From the NCBI GenBank assembly GCA_965216785.1, contig OZ244197.1, positions 1,856,001 to 1,920,000 on the forward strand: a stretch of 64,000 nucleotides of DNA. The letters run 5' to 3'. The stretch is from Thermodesulfobacteriota bacterium (lineage in GTDB: Bacteria > Desulfobacterota_D > UBA1144 > Nemesobacterales > UBA2774). The number at the start of each line of letters is the position of its first letter. Within the stretch, counting starts at the first letter, position 1. Positions 50,289 to 59,981 of this stretch are shown here, piece by piece. A program made the translations under genes and the position numbers. The notes under the pieces are model-generated. The model ran no database searches and had not been told where the DNA came from. It saw only the letters and a list, made by a program, of their open reading frames with translations.

Positions 50289-51662
50289 TTACTTATTCAA
50301 AGCCACAAACCTCTTTACTTTCCCTGTTTCAGGATTGCGGGGCAGGGAGTCTATGATTTCCACTATAACTTCCGGGTCTTTGAGGCCGTCTTTTTCAAGC
50401 TGCTGTTTGATAGATGAAATAATTTCTTCCATATTCGGCTCGCCATTGCAAACGAGCTTTACAATACCGCCGCGCTCGGTCTGAACGACTTGATATTCCT
50501 CTACTTCTTTTACTAGGTCTAGGATATCGCTGAAAGCCATCGGATGTACCCTGACGTTACCGTACTGAAACCAGTTGGTGGCTCTGCCGAGGATATTTGT
50601 AACTCTACTATATGCCGGGTATTCACCAAAGTCCCGGCCGATCTCGACAACATCGTCTACTTCATACCGTATCATGGGGCATGATTTATTAACTAAACTG
50701 GTTGCCAGAACCCTGGCCGCGTCTCTTGCATCCTCGACCGGGTTGTCTTTCTCATCCACCAGCTCGAGTATTACAGCGTCCTCGCATATCACCATGCCGG
50801 GGCTATCGGCCAGCTCGACCGCGATTTGACCGATCTCTACGCATCCCCAGCTGTTGCATGTTTTCACCCCCCACGCTTTTTTAATGCGGGCGCGCATAAT
50901 GTCGTCAAGGGGGCCGGAATTGGTGCTTACCCAGCGGGGTGATATATCCAGCTCTCCCTTCAATTGGGCTGAAGCAAGCTCAGCGGTTGAGGATGCGAAC
51001 GCCATAATGTAAGTGGGCTGGAAACTGTTTAACTTTTCGCATTGCTCCGTCATGGGGTCAGTGGAACCCAGGCTTAAGAGCTCGAATTCCGCAAGCGGCT
51101 TGCTTGGGAAAAGAATTCTGCTTCCGTGAAGTAAGGTGGGGGCCTCTACGGTGGCAAGTTTCATAGGCCCCTTGTAACCTGCTTTTTGCTCCAGATCTAT
51201 AAAGTTACGGTACGTAAGACAGATTGATTCACTAACAAAATCCGTGTCCCAAAGAAAGAGACCTCTCTTGCCCGTTGAGCCTCCGGTTGCTATAAAGAGG
51301 TACTTGTCATTGTAGAAGGGGTTTTCAATCTCCCCTTTTCTTAACTTGTCCAGGTGATTCTCGGCAATGTCGTAAGATAATTCCGGGACTGCGAGAAAAT
51401 CTTCCCAACGGTCCATGTGCTCTGTTTTGCTGGTCGGCGGGATGCTATGAAGGTCCTCAAGGTTAAACACAGTAGTGTCTACAGATTTAAGGACATCACC
51501 GTAAAACACAGTACGCTCCTTGGCTAAAGTCAATATGTCCCTTAACGCCATTGTCTGATGATTAACGAGCTCGTCTTTACTCCAGGATAGATGCTTTAGG
51601 TGCTCCGGCATTCTACTCTGGGCGTCTGTCCAAACAGACTGAATTATTTCCTCGTATGTGAT
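50289..51662 (-). CDS. PaaK/CapK-like adenylate-forming (acyl-CoA ligase family) enzyme
   Basis: ATGGSTGKRG, WGCVE, PMIRYEVDD, ILGR, TGKVK; start uncertain (ATC 51662 sits 7 nt after GGAGG). Confidence 0.8.
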   Translation of the reverse strand: MTYEEIIQSVWTDAQSRMPEHLKHLSWSKDELVNHQTMALRDILTLAKERTVFYGDVLKSVDTTVFNLEDLHSIPPTSKTEHMDRWEDFLAVPELSYDIAENHLDKLRKGEIENPFYNDKYLFIATGGSTGKRGLFLWDTDFVSESICLTYRNFIDLEQKAGYKGPMKLATVEAPTLLHGSRILFPSKPLAEFELLSLGSTDPMTEQCEKLNSFQPTYIMAFASSTAELASAQLKGELDISPRWVSTNSGPLDDIMRARIKKAWGVKTCNSWGCVEIGQIAVELADSPGMVICEDAVILELVDEKDNPVEDARDAARVLATSLVNKSCPMIRYEVDDVVEIGRDFGEYPAYSRVTNILGRATNWFQYGNVRVHPMAFSDILDLVKEVEEYQVVQTERGGIVKLVCNGEPNMEEIISSIKQQLEKDGLKDPEVIVEIIDSLPRNPETGKVKRFVALNK

Positions 51663-51814
51663 ATAGACACCTCCGCCAATAAGTCTAATTCTCACATTAC
51701 CGTGTATGCGCAGTAATAGCAATAAATTATAGAATAACGCATCTGTTTATATGAAGCGCTCTTCGGCCAATAAAATTATAACTATATTATTAATATCGGC
51801 ATTATAATTACTGC

Positions 51815-52555
51815 ATGACGAACTTACTTGTAAAGCACTGGTGGATTTGGCTTGTCCTTGCGGCTCTATCATTGTTTGGATCATATATTTACGCAAACGT
51901 ACTCACTGACTTTTTGGCGCCTACAATAGCGAATTACTTTCGATATCTTGCTATTGCATTCGTGTTCATCTCCATCTATTTCTATTACCTTTCGTATGAG
52001 AGAAGAAAACTGCTTACATCTCAAACGGGACTTGATTCTATAAGACAACTTAGCTGGAGGAAGTTTGAGGATTTAATTACTGAGGCGTACAAGCAAAACG
52101 GCTACAAATTCCTAAGAGAGCCCCTCTCCGGGAGTGATAAGGGTATTGACATTATTGTACAGAAAGAAGGAGTGCAGACCATTATTCAGTGTAAACAGTG
52201 GCGGTCACGGAAACTCGGAGTCAAAGTAGTCCGCGAGATGTACGGGATTTTAAGCGGCAGCAATGCGGATGAGGTGCACATTGTAAGCACCGGAAGGGTG
52301 ACAAATGATGCGCTCAGCTTTGCAAGAGGAAAGCCAATAAAGCTGATATATGGTCGAGATTTATTAAATCTAATTTCAGACGCTCAGAAAAACACTCCTG
52401 AAAAGAGTAATATTTCTGAAACTGAAGTAACATGTCCTGAATGCGGCTCGGAAATGGTGCTCAGGAAAGCGCGTAAAGGAAAAAATGCCGGAAATGAATT
52501 TTGGGGCTGCATACAGTTTCCAAAGTGCCGGGGTACTGTGAGCATTACTTCTTGA
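51815..52555 (+). CDS. Membrane-anchored Mrr-like restriction endonuclease domain protein with topoisomerase-type C4 Zn ribbon
   Basis: Two TM helices; WRKFEDLI...DKGID...IQCKQW; CPECGSEMVLR...FWGCIQFPKC. Confidence 0.85.
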   Translation: MTNLLVKHWWIWLVLAALSLFGSYIYANVLTDFLAPTIANYFRYLAIAFVFISIYFYYLSYERRKLLTSQTGLDSIRQLSWRKFEDLITEAYKQNGYKFLREPLSGSDKGIDIIVQKEGVQTIIQCKQWRSRKLGVKVVREMYGILSGSNADEVHIVSTGRVTNDALSFARGKPIKLIYGRDLLNLISDAQKNTPEKSNISETEVTCPECGSEMVLRKARKGKNAGNEFWGCIQFPKCRGTVSITS

Positions 52556-52652
52556 AATCCAATATTACGTTTCTTAGTATTATTATATCCCGTATAATTT
52601 CAGACTATATTCATTACTCGAATTCGTAGAATAGTTGCCCCAGAGGATATAT

Positions 52653-53744
52653 ATGAAAAAAACATGGCCGGATCAGGTTAGAAGACTATGCGACAGCTTG
52701 GGCATCGCTCACCCGATCGTGCAGGCTCCGATGGCCGGGGGGCCGTCTACTCCAGAGTTGGTAGCGGCTGTTTCAAACGCGGGCGGGCTTGGTTCTCTCG
52801 GTGCAGGCTACCTCATGCCCGAGGCTCTGGACAAGGATATCAAAAAAGTAAAGTCGCTTACGGGCAGAGCGTTTGCGGTCAACCTTTTCATCCCTGGTGA
52901 TACTGAGGCCGGCCCTGTGCCGGATGAAGTTCTTGATAAGTTAAAGACATATTCAAGTGAGCTTGGCGTCGAGATGCCTGATCTGTCTGAGAAATCTTCA
53001 GCAAGCTCATTTGATGATCAGCTTCAGGTAGTGTTGGACAACAAGGTCCCTGTATTCAGCTTTACTTTTGGAGTCCTCAAAAGCCGCGATATTGAAGAGC
53101 TTCAGAGACGTAATGTGGCGATTATCGGTACCGCTACTTCTGTCGAAGAAGGGGTTATGCTCGAAAACGCGGGATGTTCTGTGGTTACAGCGCAAGGGAT
53201 TGAAGCGGGGGGCCACAGGGGGAGCTTCTCCGAAGAAGACATTCCTATGGTGGGGGGCATTTCTCTTATCCCCCAGCTTGCCGATAAACTGAGTGTCCCG
53301 GTGCTGGCCTCCGGAGGAATAATGGACGGGAGGGGTATAGCGGCGGCGCTTGCGCTGGGCGCATCGGGAGTGCAAATGGGAACGGTGTTCCTGGGCTGCG
53401 AGGAATCCGGAGTGCCGGGAGTATGGCTCGACGCCCTCACTAATTCTTCTGATACAAGCACTGTTCTGACCAAGGTGTTTACGGGGAAATACGCAAGAGG
53501 AATAAAAAATAGATTTATAGAAGAGATGTCTGTATGTGAGGACAAAGTGCCCAGGTATCCCGCGCAGCACAACCTTACAAAATCGCTCCGCGCGGCCGCG
53601 AAATCTAAGTCCAATCCCGAATTCATGTCCCTGTGGGCCGGGCAAAGCTCTGCTTTAATTAAACGCACTACCGCAAAAGAGCTTGTCGATGATCTGCTCA
53701 GAGAGACCGGAGAAGTTATTCTGAAGCTCACAGAAGAGTTTTAA
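52653..53744 (+). CDS. Nitronate monooxygenase family flavoprotein
   Basis: PIVQAPMAGG, AVSNAGGLGS, QGIEAGGHRG, SGGIMDG, SLWAGQ. Confidence 0.92.
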   Translation: MKKTWPDQVRRLCDSLGIAHPIVQAPMAGGPSTPELVAAVSNAGGLGSLGAGYLMPEALDKDIKKVKSLTGRAFAVNLFIPGDTEAGPVPDEVLDKLKTYSSELGVEMPDLSEKSSASSFDDQLQVVLDNKVPVFSFTFGVLKSRDIEELQRRNVAIIGTATSVEEGVMLENAGCSVVTAQGIEAGGHRGSFSEEDIPMVGGISLIPQLADKLSVPVLASGGIMDGRGIAAALALGASGVQMGTVFLGCEESGVPGVWLDALTNSSDTSTVLTKVFTGKYARGIKNRFIEEMSVCEDKVPRYPAQHNLTKSLRAAAKSKSNPEFMSLWAGQSSALIKRTTAKELVDDLLRETGEVILKLTEEF

Positions 53745-53953
53745 TCCGAATATAGAGTTGCACGAAAAAATGCTCTCAGAGACTTGCTAGACCCTACTAG
53801 ATACCTTTAAAATAGAAAACAAACGCTCGTTCGAATGGGTGAAAATACACAATCGTTGCGCCTATTTACACATTTTTTCACATAATTAAAAAAGTGCTTG
53901 GTTCTCTGTGGATTTGCGTTAGTATCGTAAAAGAGAAGTGGAGGTTTTCCGTG

Positions 53954-54082
53954 ATGCACGGAATATATTTCATATTATTTTAGCTAGTTAGCTTTATTGT
54001 TTCATTGCCGTTTATTTCAGGCGGGGTCTACGCGAATGGCATGGGTCTGGCCTGGGCCGATGCTTGGATAAAGGTTAATTAG
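53954..54082 (+). pseudogene. Possible remnant of a secreted-protein gene
   Basis: GGAGG RBS, then MHGIYFILF*LVSFIVSLPFISGGVYANG...; signal-peptide-like sequence broken by TAG at 53981. Confidence 0.3.
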
Positions 54083-54104
54083 GAAGGCTTTGATGGGGCA
54101 CATT

Positions 54105-54137
54105 AAGCCGGCCCTCCGGGAGGTGGCCGGCTTTTTT
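54105..54137. terminator. Intrinsic terminator between convergent units
   Basis: aagccggcc / ggccggctt stem followed by a T run. Confidence 0.8.
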
Positions 54138-56112
54138 ATATAAGCTGCACAGTTTTCTTCTTAATACCGAGCTTACTCATTCTGGTTCTTAAAGTATTAG
54201 GATTTATACCCAGCACCTTTGCGGCGCCTTTTTCACCGTGCACCTGCCACGAGGTCTGGTTAAGTATTCTGATAATATGGTCCCGCTCTATATCCTCCAG
54301 TCTTAGAGCACCGATTCTCCCGGTCTCGCTTTCAACAGGCGCGCTGATCAAGTTCTCGCTTACTTCAAGTGTATCTTCGGGGGAAAGAATTGCGGCTCTC
54401 TCAACAATATTCTCAAGCTCTCTGATATTACCTGGCCACGAATACCCCAGCAGTTTCTTAAGTGTTTTCTCTCCAATGTCTTTTAAGTTCTTGCCGATTT
54501 GGCTTGAGTACTTGTTCATAAAATATTTAGCCAGAAGCTCGATATCTTCTTTCCGCTCTCTTAGCGCGGGTACGGAAATAGGAAACACATTCAGCCTGTA
54601 ATAAAGGTCCGCGCGGAATTTCCCTTCTTCGACGGCTTTCTCAAGGTCTCTATTTGTTGCCGCAATAACCCTTACGTTCACGCTCAGAGTCTTTGTTCCC
54701 CCGACTCTTTCAAACTCCTTTTCCTGAAGCACTCTCAGAAGCTTTGCCTGAGAGTCGAGCGGAAGGTCTCCAAGCTCGTCGAGCATTATAGTGCCGCCGT
54801 CAGCAAGCTCGAATTTCCCTATTTTTTTTGTGAGCGCCCCTGTAAACGCTCCCTTTTCATGGCCGAACAGCTCGCTTTCGATAAGTCCCGCGGGTATGGC
54901 AGGGCAATTGACTTTAACGAGCGGGCGGCCGCTTCGCTTGCTCAGGCTGTGTATGGAGCGAGCGATGAGCTCTTTGCCCGTACCGGTCTCTCCCCTTATC
55001 AGAACTGTCGCGTCTGTCCCTGCTACCTTTTCCACCTTGTCCAGCACCTCCACGAGCGAAGTGCTCGCGCCTATGATCTCGTCAAAATTATGCTCGGTCT
55101 TTATTTCTTCTTTTAGATACACGCTTTCAGTTTCAAACCTTTTCTTGAGCTTACTTACTTCATCGAGCGCCTGCTCAAGCTCTGAGGCCTGTTTGGCGTT
55201 ACTGGTCGCGACCTCGATCTGGCGGGTGATAATCTCGAGCAAATCTATCTCGTCCTTATCGAAGGCCTCTTTTTCCATCGAGTAGATGTTGATGCACCCG
55301 ATGGTTTTATCCTTGTAATTTACCGGCATTGATAGTGAGCTCATTACACCGAGCCTCTTCGTCACGGGACTCATACGCGTATCGATATCCGAGTCCCGAA
55401 TGTACAAAGGCTCGCCGAAATTGAGCACGACCCACGTGTGGCACTCAGGTCCTTCGAGCACCCGCACTTGCCGTAAATAATTGTCAGGAATCCCCGCGTG
55501 GGACTTCAAAACAGCGTGCTCATTTTCAAGGATGTAGATCTCTATCGCATATACCTTATTTAAATTATTAGAAAGCGTATGGACAGCGTTGTCCAGAACG
55601 TCCTGGAGCTTAAGTGAGCCGTGTACGCTCTTTAGAACAGAAGTGACAATCTCTTCATAACTGTTTTTTTTGATCAGTTTCTCATTGCTTTCCTTAAGAG
55701 CTCGCTCCGCTTGCTTGCGCGCCGTGATGTCGAGCCACGTTCCCACTATCTCGCGTGGTCCGTCCTTGCCGTTTATCAGCACCGCTCGGTCAAGGAACCA
55801 GTGGTAAGTGCCGTCAGAGCATTTCCAGCGGTACTCTATCTCAAAACTGCCGTTTGCGATTACCTGCTCTACGTCGTCTATAATTCTATCTTTATCCTCA
55901 GGGTGGACACGAGAGTGCCAAAACTTTGTATCCTCGAGGAATATGGATGGCCCGAACCCTGTGACTTTCTTTATGTTCTCGCTAAGATAAACAGCTCCCA
56001 TGTCGCCGTGCGCTCTGGTTGCGTAAACGGCCATTGGGACCGAGCTCAGGATTAAGGACTGCCTTAGCTCTATCTCAGCTAAAGCCTTCTCCGATGTGTG
56101 ATTGGCTGCCAT
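54136..56112 (-). CDS. Sigma54-dependent activator with PAS, GAF, AAA+ and HTH domains (FhlA-like architecture)
   Basis: PAS VHPED...EYR, GAF, GETGTGKE, ELFGHEKGAFTGA, WPGNIREL, Fis-type HTH. Confidence 0.92.
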   Translation of the reverse strand: MAANHTSEKALAEIELRQSLILSSVPMAVYATRAHGDMGAVYLSENIKKVTGFGPSIFLEDTKFWHSRVHPEDKDRIIDDVEQVIANGSFEIEYRWKCSDGTYHWFLDRAVLINGKDGPREIVGTWLDITARKQAERALKESNEKLIKKNSYEEIVTSVLKSVHGSLKLQDVLDNAVHTLSNNLNKVYAIEIYILENEHAVLKSHAGIPDNYLRQVRVLEGPECHTWVVLNFGEPLYIRDSDIDTRMSPVTKRLGVMSSLSMPVNYKDKTIGCINIYSMEKEAFDKDEIDLLEIITRQIEVATSNAKQASELEQALDEVSKLKKRFETESVYLKEEIKTEHNFDEIIGASTSLVEVLDKVEKVAGTDATVLIRGETGTGKELIARSIHSLSKRSGRPLVKVNCPAIPAGLIESELFGHEKGAFTGALTKKIGKFELADGGTIMLDELGDLPLDSQAKLLRVLQEKEFERVGGTKTLSVNVRVIAATNRDLEKAVEEGKFRADLYYRLNVFPISVPALRERKEDIELLAKYFMNKYSSQIGKNLKDIGEKTLKKLLGYSWPGNIRELENIVERAAILSPEDTLEVSENLISAPVESETGRIGALRLEDIERDHIIRILNQTSWQVHGEKGAAKVLGINPNTLRTRMSKLGIKKKTVQLI

Positions 56113-56259
56113 AATACCCACCTTTATAGGAACTGCCCGAAATTTTAGTTTCTAGATATTCCTATTAGATGTAATTGGCAGAGAAATGTATGCAGAATAA
56201 TTCCGTTTAAATTATTTATAAAGACGGAGTGTGGTGATTTATGTGCCGGGGACTACTGC

Positions 56260-56838
56260 CTATTGAATGGCCTTTAGTTTTTCTCTGGCGGTTTTTGCTG
56301 CTTTTGAGTTTGGATACTTATCGATAAGCGTATTGAAGAAGTACTTGGCTTCTTCTTTTCTTCCGAGGTTCATAAGCGACAGGCCCTGTCCCAGGTACGC
56401 GTTCGGGAGCCTGCTGTCCTTGGGGCTTGTGTCTATGAATTTTTGGTATTCCAGTATGGCGTCTTCGTAGTTACCTTTGCTGTAGCTTTCTGTAGCCAGA
56501 ATATAATCGTCTTTAGGAGGGTTGGGCGCTTTAGAGTCAGGGTTTTTCCCGTTTGCCGGGTCTGTATCCTCTGCTACTTTATCTATCTTACGTTTGAGCG
56601 TTATGTTCTTTTTCTGTATGGTTTCTATTTCTTCGGCGAGTAGGAGCTGGTTATTCTCGATCCTTTCGACATCCCGCGAGAGCGTACTCTGATCGGACTC
56701 GAGGCTCTCTATTAGACTATCCATCTTTTGCTCAAGCGCACTCTGTCTTTCCTGGAGCTCCGCAATCTGATCCGTATTGGTATAGCAGCCTGCTACAAAT
56801 AGGGTAAGTAATATTAGTATGGAGAGAAGTTTTTTCAT
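56260..56838 (-). CDS. CpoB/YbgF-like TPR lipoprotein
   Basis: Lipobox VAGC, coiled coil, TPRs ending KYPNSKAA. Confidence 0.75.
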   Translation of the reverse strand: MKKLLSILILLTLFVAGCYTNTDQIAELQERQSALEQKMDSLIESLESDQSTLSRDVERIENNQLLLAEEIETIQKKNITLKRKIDKVAEDTDPANGKNPDSKAPNPPKDDYILATESYSKGNYEDAILEYQKFIDTSPKDSRLPNAYLGQGLSLMNLGRKEEAKYFFNTLIDKYPNSKAAKTAREKLKAIQ

Positions 56839-57230
56839 ATCTGCAAATATAATACCTTATTCATGAGCGCTTATTACCTTTCATAAATACTTTACCCTAA
56901 TAATTTCGGGCTGCATACAAGTAGTGGTATATGAAACATAATACAGTGAATAGCTAAATTGGAAACTACCCCCATTCCTGCTTGTAGCGGAGTCTCGCTT
57001 ATACATGGCGAGAGGGGTATTTATTGTGTGATAGTACACAGTGATCTAATGTAAGTGCCTGAAGTTACTGGAGAGCCTAAACTTCGGATCAGCCTATTTC
57101 TCGGGGGCTGAGACGTCCTAAAACGACTGTAAAATTATTTATCATTAACCGAAAATATTGATATGAGTTGAGAAGAATAACAGGTAGAATTGGTATATCT
57201 GACATATATTGGCGTGAAGGTGCATAAGAA

Positions 57231-58511
57231 TTGAATCTAAGTAAACAGATTACACTCGGATACGCTTTGATGTTCCTTCTTATGCTGCTTATAAGCGGGC
57301 TCTCGATTTATAGTATCTACAATCTGGACAGGGCGGCATCGAATATCAAGGGACGGTACGCGACCTTGTCTAACCTATTGTCTGACAAAGGTGAGGGGGA
57401 GCAGGAACAGGGCTTTTTCGCGAACGAGATGCTTCTTGAGGCTGTTCAGATTTCGGACGAGCAGCTTAAGTATTCCTATATCCTCATTTTTACGGTCGTA
57501 GGCATTACACTGCTCTTCGGCATAGTGCTAACGGTATTTATCCCAAGAGTAATAACAAAACCCATTATGAACCTGTTTAATGCGGCGGAGTCTGTGGCGG
57601 GTGGTGATTACTCGGTCAGAGTAAAGAGCGCTCATTCCTCAAGCGAGATAAACACGCTGGTGAAGGCGTTTAACAACATGATAGACAACATCGACCGCAG
57701 CAGCAGCGAGCTTCAGAAGAAGAACGAGGAGATTCTCAAGCTGCTCGAGACCACAAAGAAGTTTAACGAAGTTCTTGAGTCAGAGATCGAGCAGGCTACG
57801 AGGGAGATAAAGGAGAAGCACAAGGAGCTTATAAAAAGTGAGAAGCTGGCTACCATAGGCGAGCTTGCCTCGGGTGTCGCGCACGAGGTCAGAAACCCGC
57901 TCTCGGGTATAGCGCTTGCTCTGGAGCTAATGCGAGACGAGACTAAGATCGAAGAGCACCGCCATACTATATCCGACATTCTTCAGGAAATAGTCAGGCT
58001 CGAGCGCATAGTAAAAGGGCTTTTCCAGCTCGGGCACCCAAAGAGCCTGAGCCTGATCGAGTGTGAGCCAAACGATATCGTCGAGAGGGCTCTAAGCCTC
58101 GTGAACATGAAAGCAAAAGCAAAAGGGGTGCTCATAGAAAAAGAGCTTACGTGTAATAAACAGTTTTGTGTGGACCATGAGCAGATTGAGCAGGTAGTTC
58201 TAAACCTCCTTATAAACGGAATTGAGGCAACGGACAGTTTTGGGAAAATAACGGTTATGACAAAGAGCGTAAACGGCTCGGTTGAAATCTCGGTATCTGA
58301 CACGGGATGCGGTTTCTCGGACGATGAGATAGAAAAGATACTCCAGCCGTTCTACTCTACAAAAGAGTCCGGTACAGGGCTCGGGCTGGCTATATCGAAC
58401 AGGATAATTGAGGCTCACAAGGGAAACTTCAATATCACAAGCAAACGGGGGGTCGGTTCGAAGTTCGTTGTGGAGATACCGCACGATCTACATGACAAAA
58501 TAAGCGGTTAA
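57231..58511 (+). CDS. HAMP-domain sensor histidine kinase
   Basis: Two TMs, HAMP, H-box AHEVRNPL, N-box NLLINGIEA, G boxes DTGCG and GTGLGL. Confidence 0.93.
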   Translation: MNLSKQITLGYALMFLLMLLISGLSIYSIYNLDRAASNIKGRYATLSNLLSDKGEGEQEQGFFANEMLLEAVQISDEQLKYSYILIFTVVGITLLFGIVLTVFIPRVITKPIMNLFNAAESVAGGDYSVRVKSAHSSSEINTLVKAFNNMIDNIDRSSSELQKKNEEILKLLETTKKFNEVLESEIEQATREIKEKHKELIKSEKLATIGELASGVAHEVRNPLSGIALALELMRDETKIEEHRHTISDILQEIVRLERIVKGLFQLGHPKSLSLIECEPNDIVERALSLVNMKAKAKGVLIEKELTCNKQFCVDHEQIEQVVLNLLINGIEATDSFGKITVMTKSVNGSVEISVSDTGCGFSDDEIEKILQPFYSTKESGTGLGLAISNRIIEAHKGNFNITSKRGVGSKFVVEIPHDLHDKISG

Positions 58512-58595
58512 TTTACGCGGCCGGCGAAAACATAGGGTATTTTTATATGGTGTGTAATTTGGCACACATAATAATTTAAAAGGGACTAATGAGAA

Positions 58596-59969
58596 ATGAG
58601 TTCACTAATACTAATAATTGAAGACGAGAGGTTACTTTGTAAGCAGCTGCATAAGGCGCTTACTCAGGAAGGCTACTCTGTGATAACCTCTTTTGAGGGC
58701 AGCGAGGGGCTTGAGATCGCAAAAAAAGAAAACCCCGATCTGGTGCTGCTAGACCTAAAGCTTCCCGACCGCAATGGTCTCGAGGTGCTAAAAACATTTA
58801 CGAGCTTCGAGCAGTCTCCAACAACTATTATGATGACCGCTCACGGGAGCGTCGAAGTGGCGGTCTCCGCCATCAGGGACGGGGCGTACGATTTTATAGA
58901 AAAGCCATTCCCTCTGGATAAGCTGAAAGTCATGGTCAGAAACGCTCTCAGGACAACTGAGCTTAGGGACAGTTTGTCTGCTGTTGCGCACAGGGCTCAG
59001 GAAAAATACGGTTTTGACTCGCTAATAGGAACTAGCGAGCCGATTCAGGAAATTATTTACTTATTCAAAAGGCTCACTGAAACTGACCCGAAGACTATCC
59101 TGATATCCGGAGAGAGTGGAACAGGAAAGGGGCTTGCCGCAAAGATACTTCATTTTAACGGTATAAGGGGTGAAAAGCCCTTTATAGAGCTTAACTGCGC
59201 CGCCATACCCGAGACTCTTTTAGAGAGCGAGCTGTTCGGGCACGAGGCGGGAGCGTTTACCGACGCTAAGAAGCTCAAAAAAGGAATACTGGAGCAGGCG
59301 GACGGCGGTACCGTTTTCCTGGATGAAATAGGCGACATGAGTCTTTCGCTCCAGGCAAAGCTTGTAAAGGCGGTTGAGGAGCGCTCCTTCAGACGTTTGG
59401 GCGGCAATAGAGATATAAAAGTCGATCTCTGTGTTGTGGCGGCCACGAACCAGGACCTTAAAACGCTCGTTAAAAACGGAGACTTCAGAGAAGACCTCTA
59501 TCACCGTTTGAATGTAATAACTTTCGAGATGCCCGCGCTTAGGAACAGAATGGACGATATTATGGATCTCACCAAGCATTTCATAAGCTATTTCAACATC
59601 GATTTGAATAAGAACATAAAAGAGATACCCGAGGAAATAAGCACGACTTTCTACCAGTACAATTGGCCCGGCAATGTAAGAGAGCTCCGGAGCACTCTGG
59701 AAAGAGCGATACTGCTGAGTGAGGACTCGGTGCTCAACCCCAAGTACGTTAAGCTTGAGTATGACGAAAGTCTGAACGTTGAGAACTCGGATGAAAAGAT
59801 GGTAATCGACGTCCCGCTCGACGATGCCTCGCTTTACAAAATTGAAAAGAAGGTTATAACTAAAGCTCTTGAGTTAAACGACTGGAACCAGACAAGGACT
59901 GCCGATATGCTTGGTATTACACGCGAAGTATTGCGTTACAGGATGAAGAAATGGGGTCTCTTGAGCTGA
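58596..59969 (+). CDS. NtrC-family sigma54-dependent response regulator
   Basis: Receiver domain (EDE, LLD, FIEKP), GESGTGK, GAFTDA, WPGNVREL, HTH. Confidence 0.93.
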   Translation: MSSLILIIEDERLLCKQLHKALTQEGYSVITSFEGSEGLEIAKKENPDLVLLDLKLPDRNGLEVLKTFTSFEQSPTTIMMTAHGSVEVAVSAIRDGAYDFIEKPFPLDKLKVMVRNALRTTELRDSLSAVAHRAQEKYGFDSLIGTSEPIQEIIYLFKRLTETDPKTILISGESGTGKGLAAKILHFNGIRGEKPFIELNCAAIPETLLESELFGHEAGAFTDAKKLKKGILEQADGGTVFLDEIGDMSLSLQAKLVKAVEERSFRRLGGNRDIKVDLCVVAATNQDLKTLVKNGDFREDLYHRLNVITFEMPALRNRMDDIMDLTKHFISYFNIDLNKNIKEIPEEISTTFYQYNWPGNVRELRSTLERAILLSEDSVLNPKYVKLEYDESLNVENSDEKMVIDVPLDDASLYKIEKKVITKALELNDWNQTRTADMLGITREVLRYRMKKWGLLS

Positions 59970-59981
59970 TGGAGGTCCTCT

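Noticed and set aside
53007-53731. Long antisense ORFs of about 200 aa (also at 5264-5884, 32578-33150 and 48032-48586)
   Set aside because: They lie wholly opposite well-supported genes, have no recognisable motifs and show typical antisense composition.
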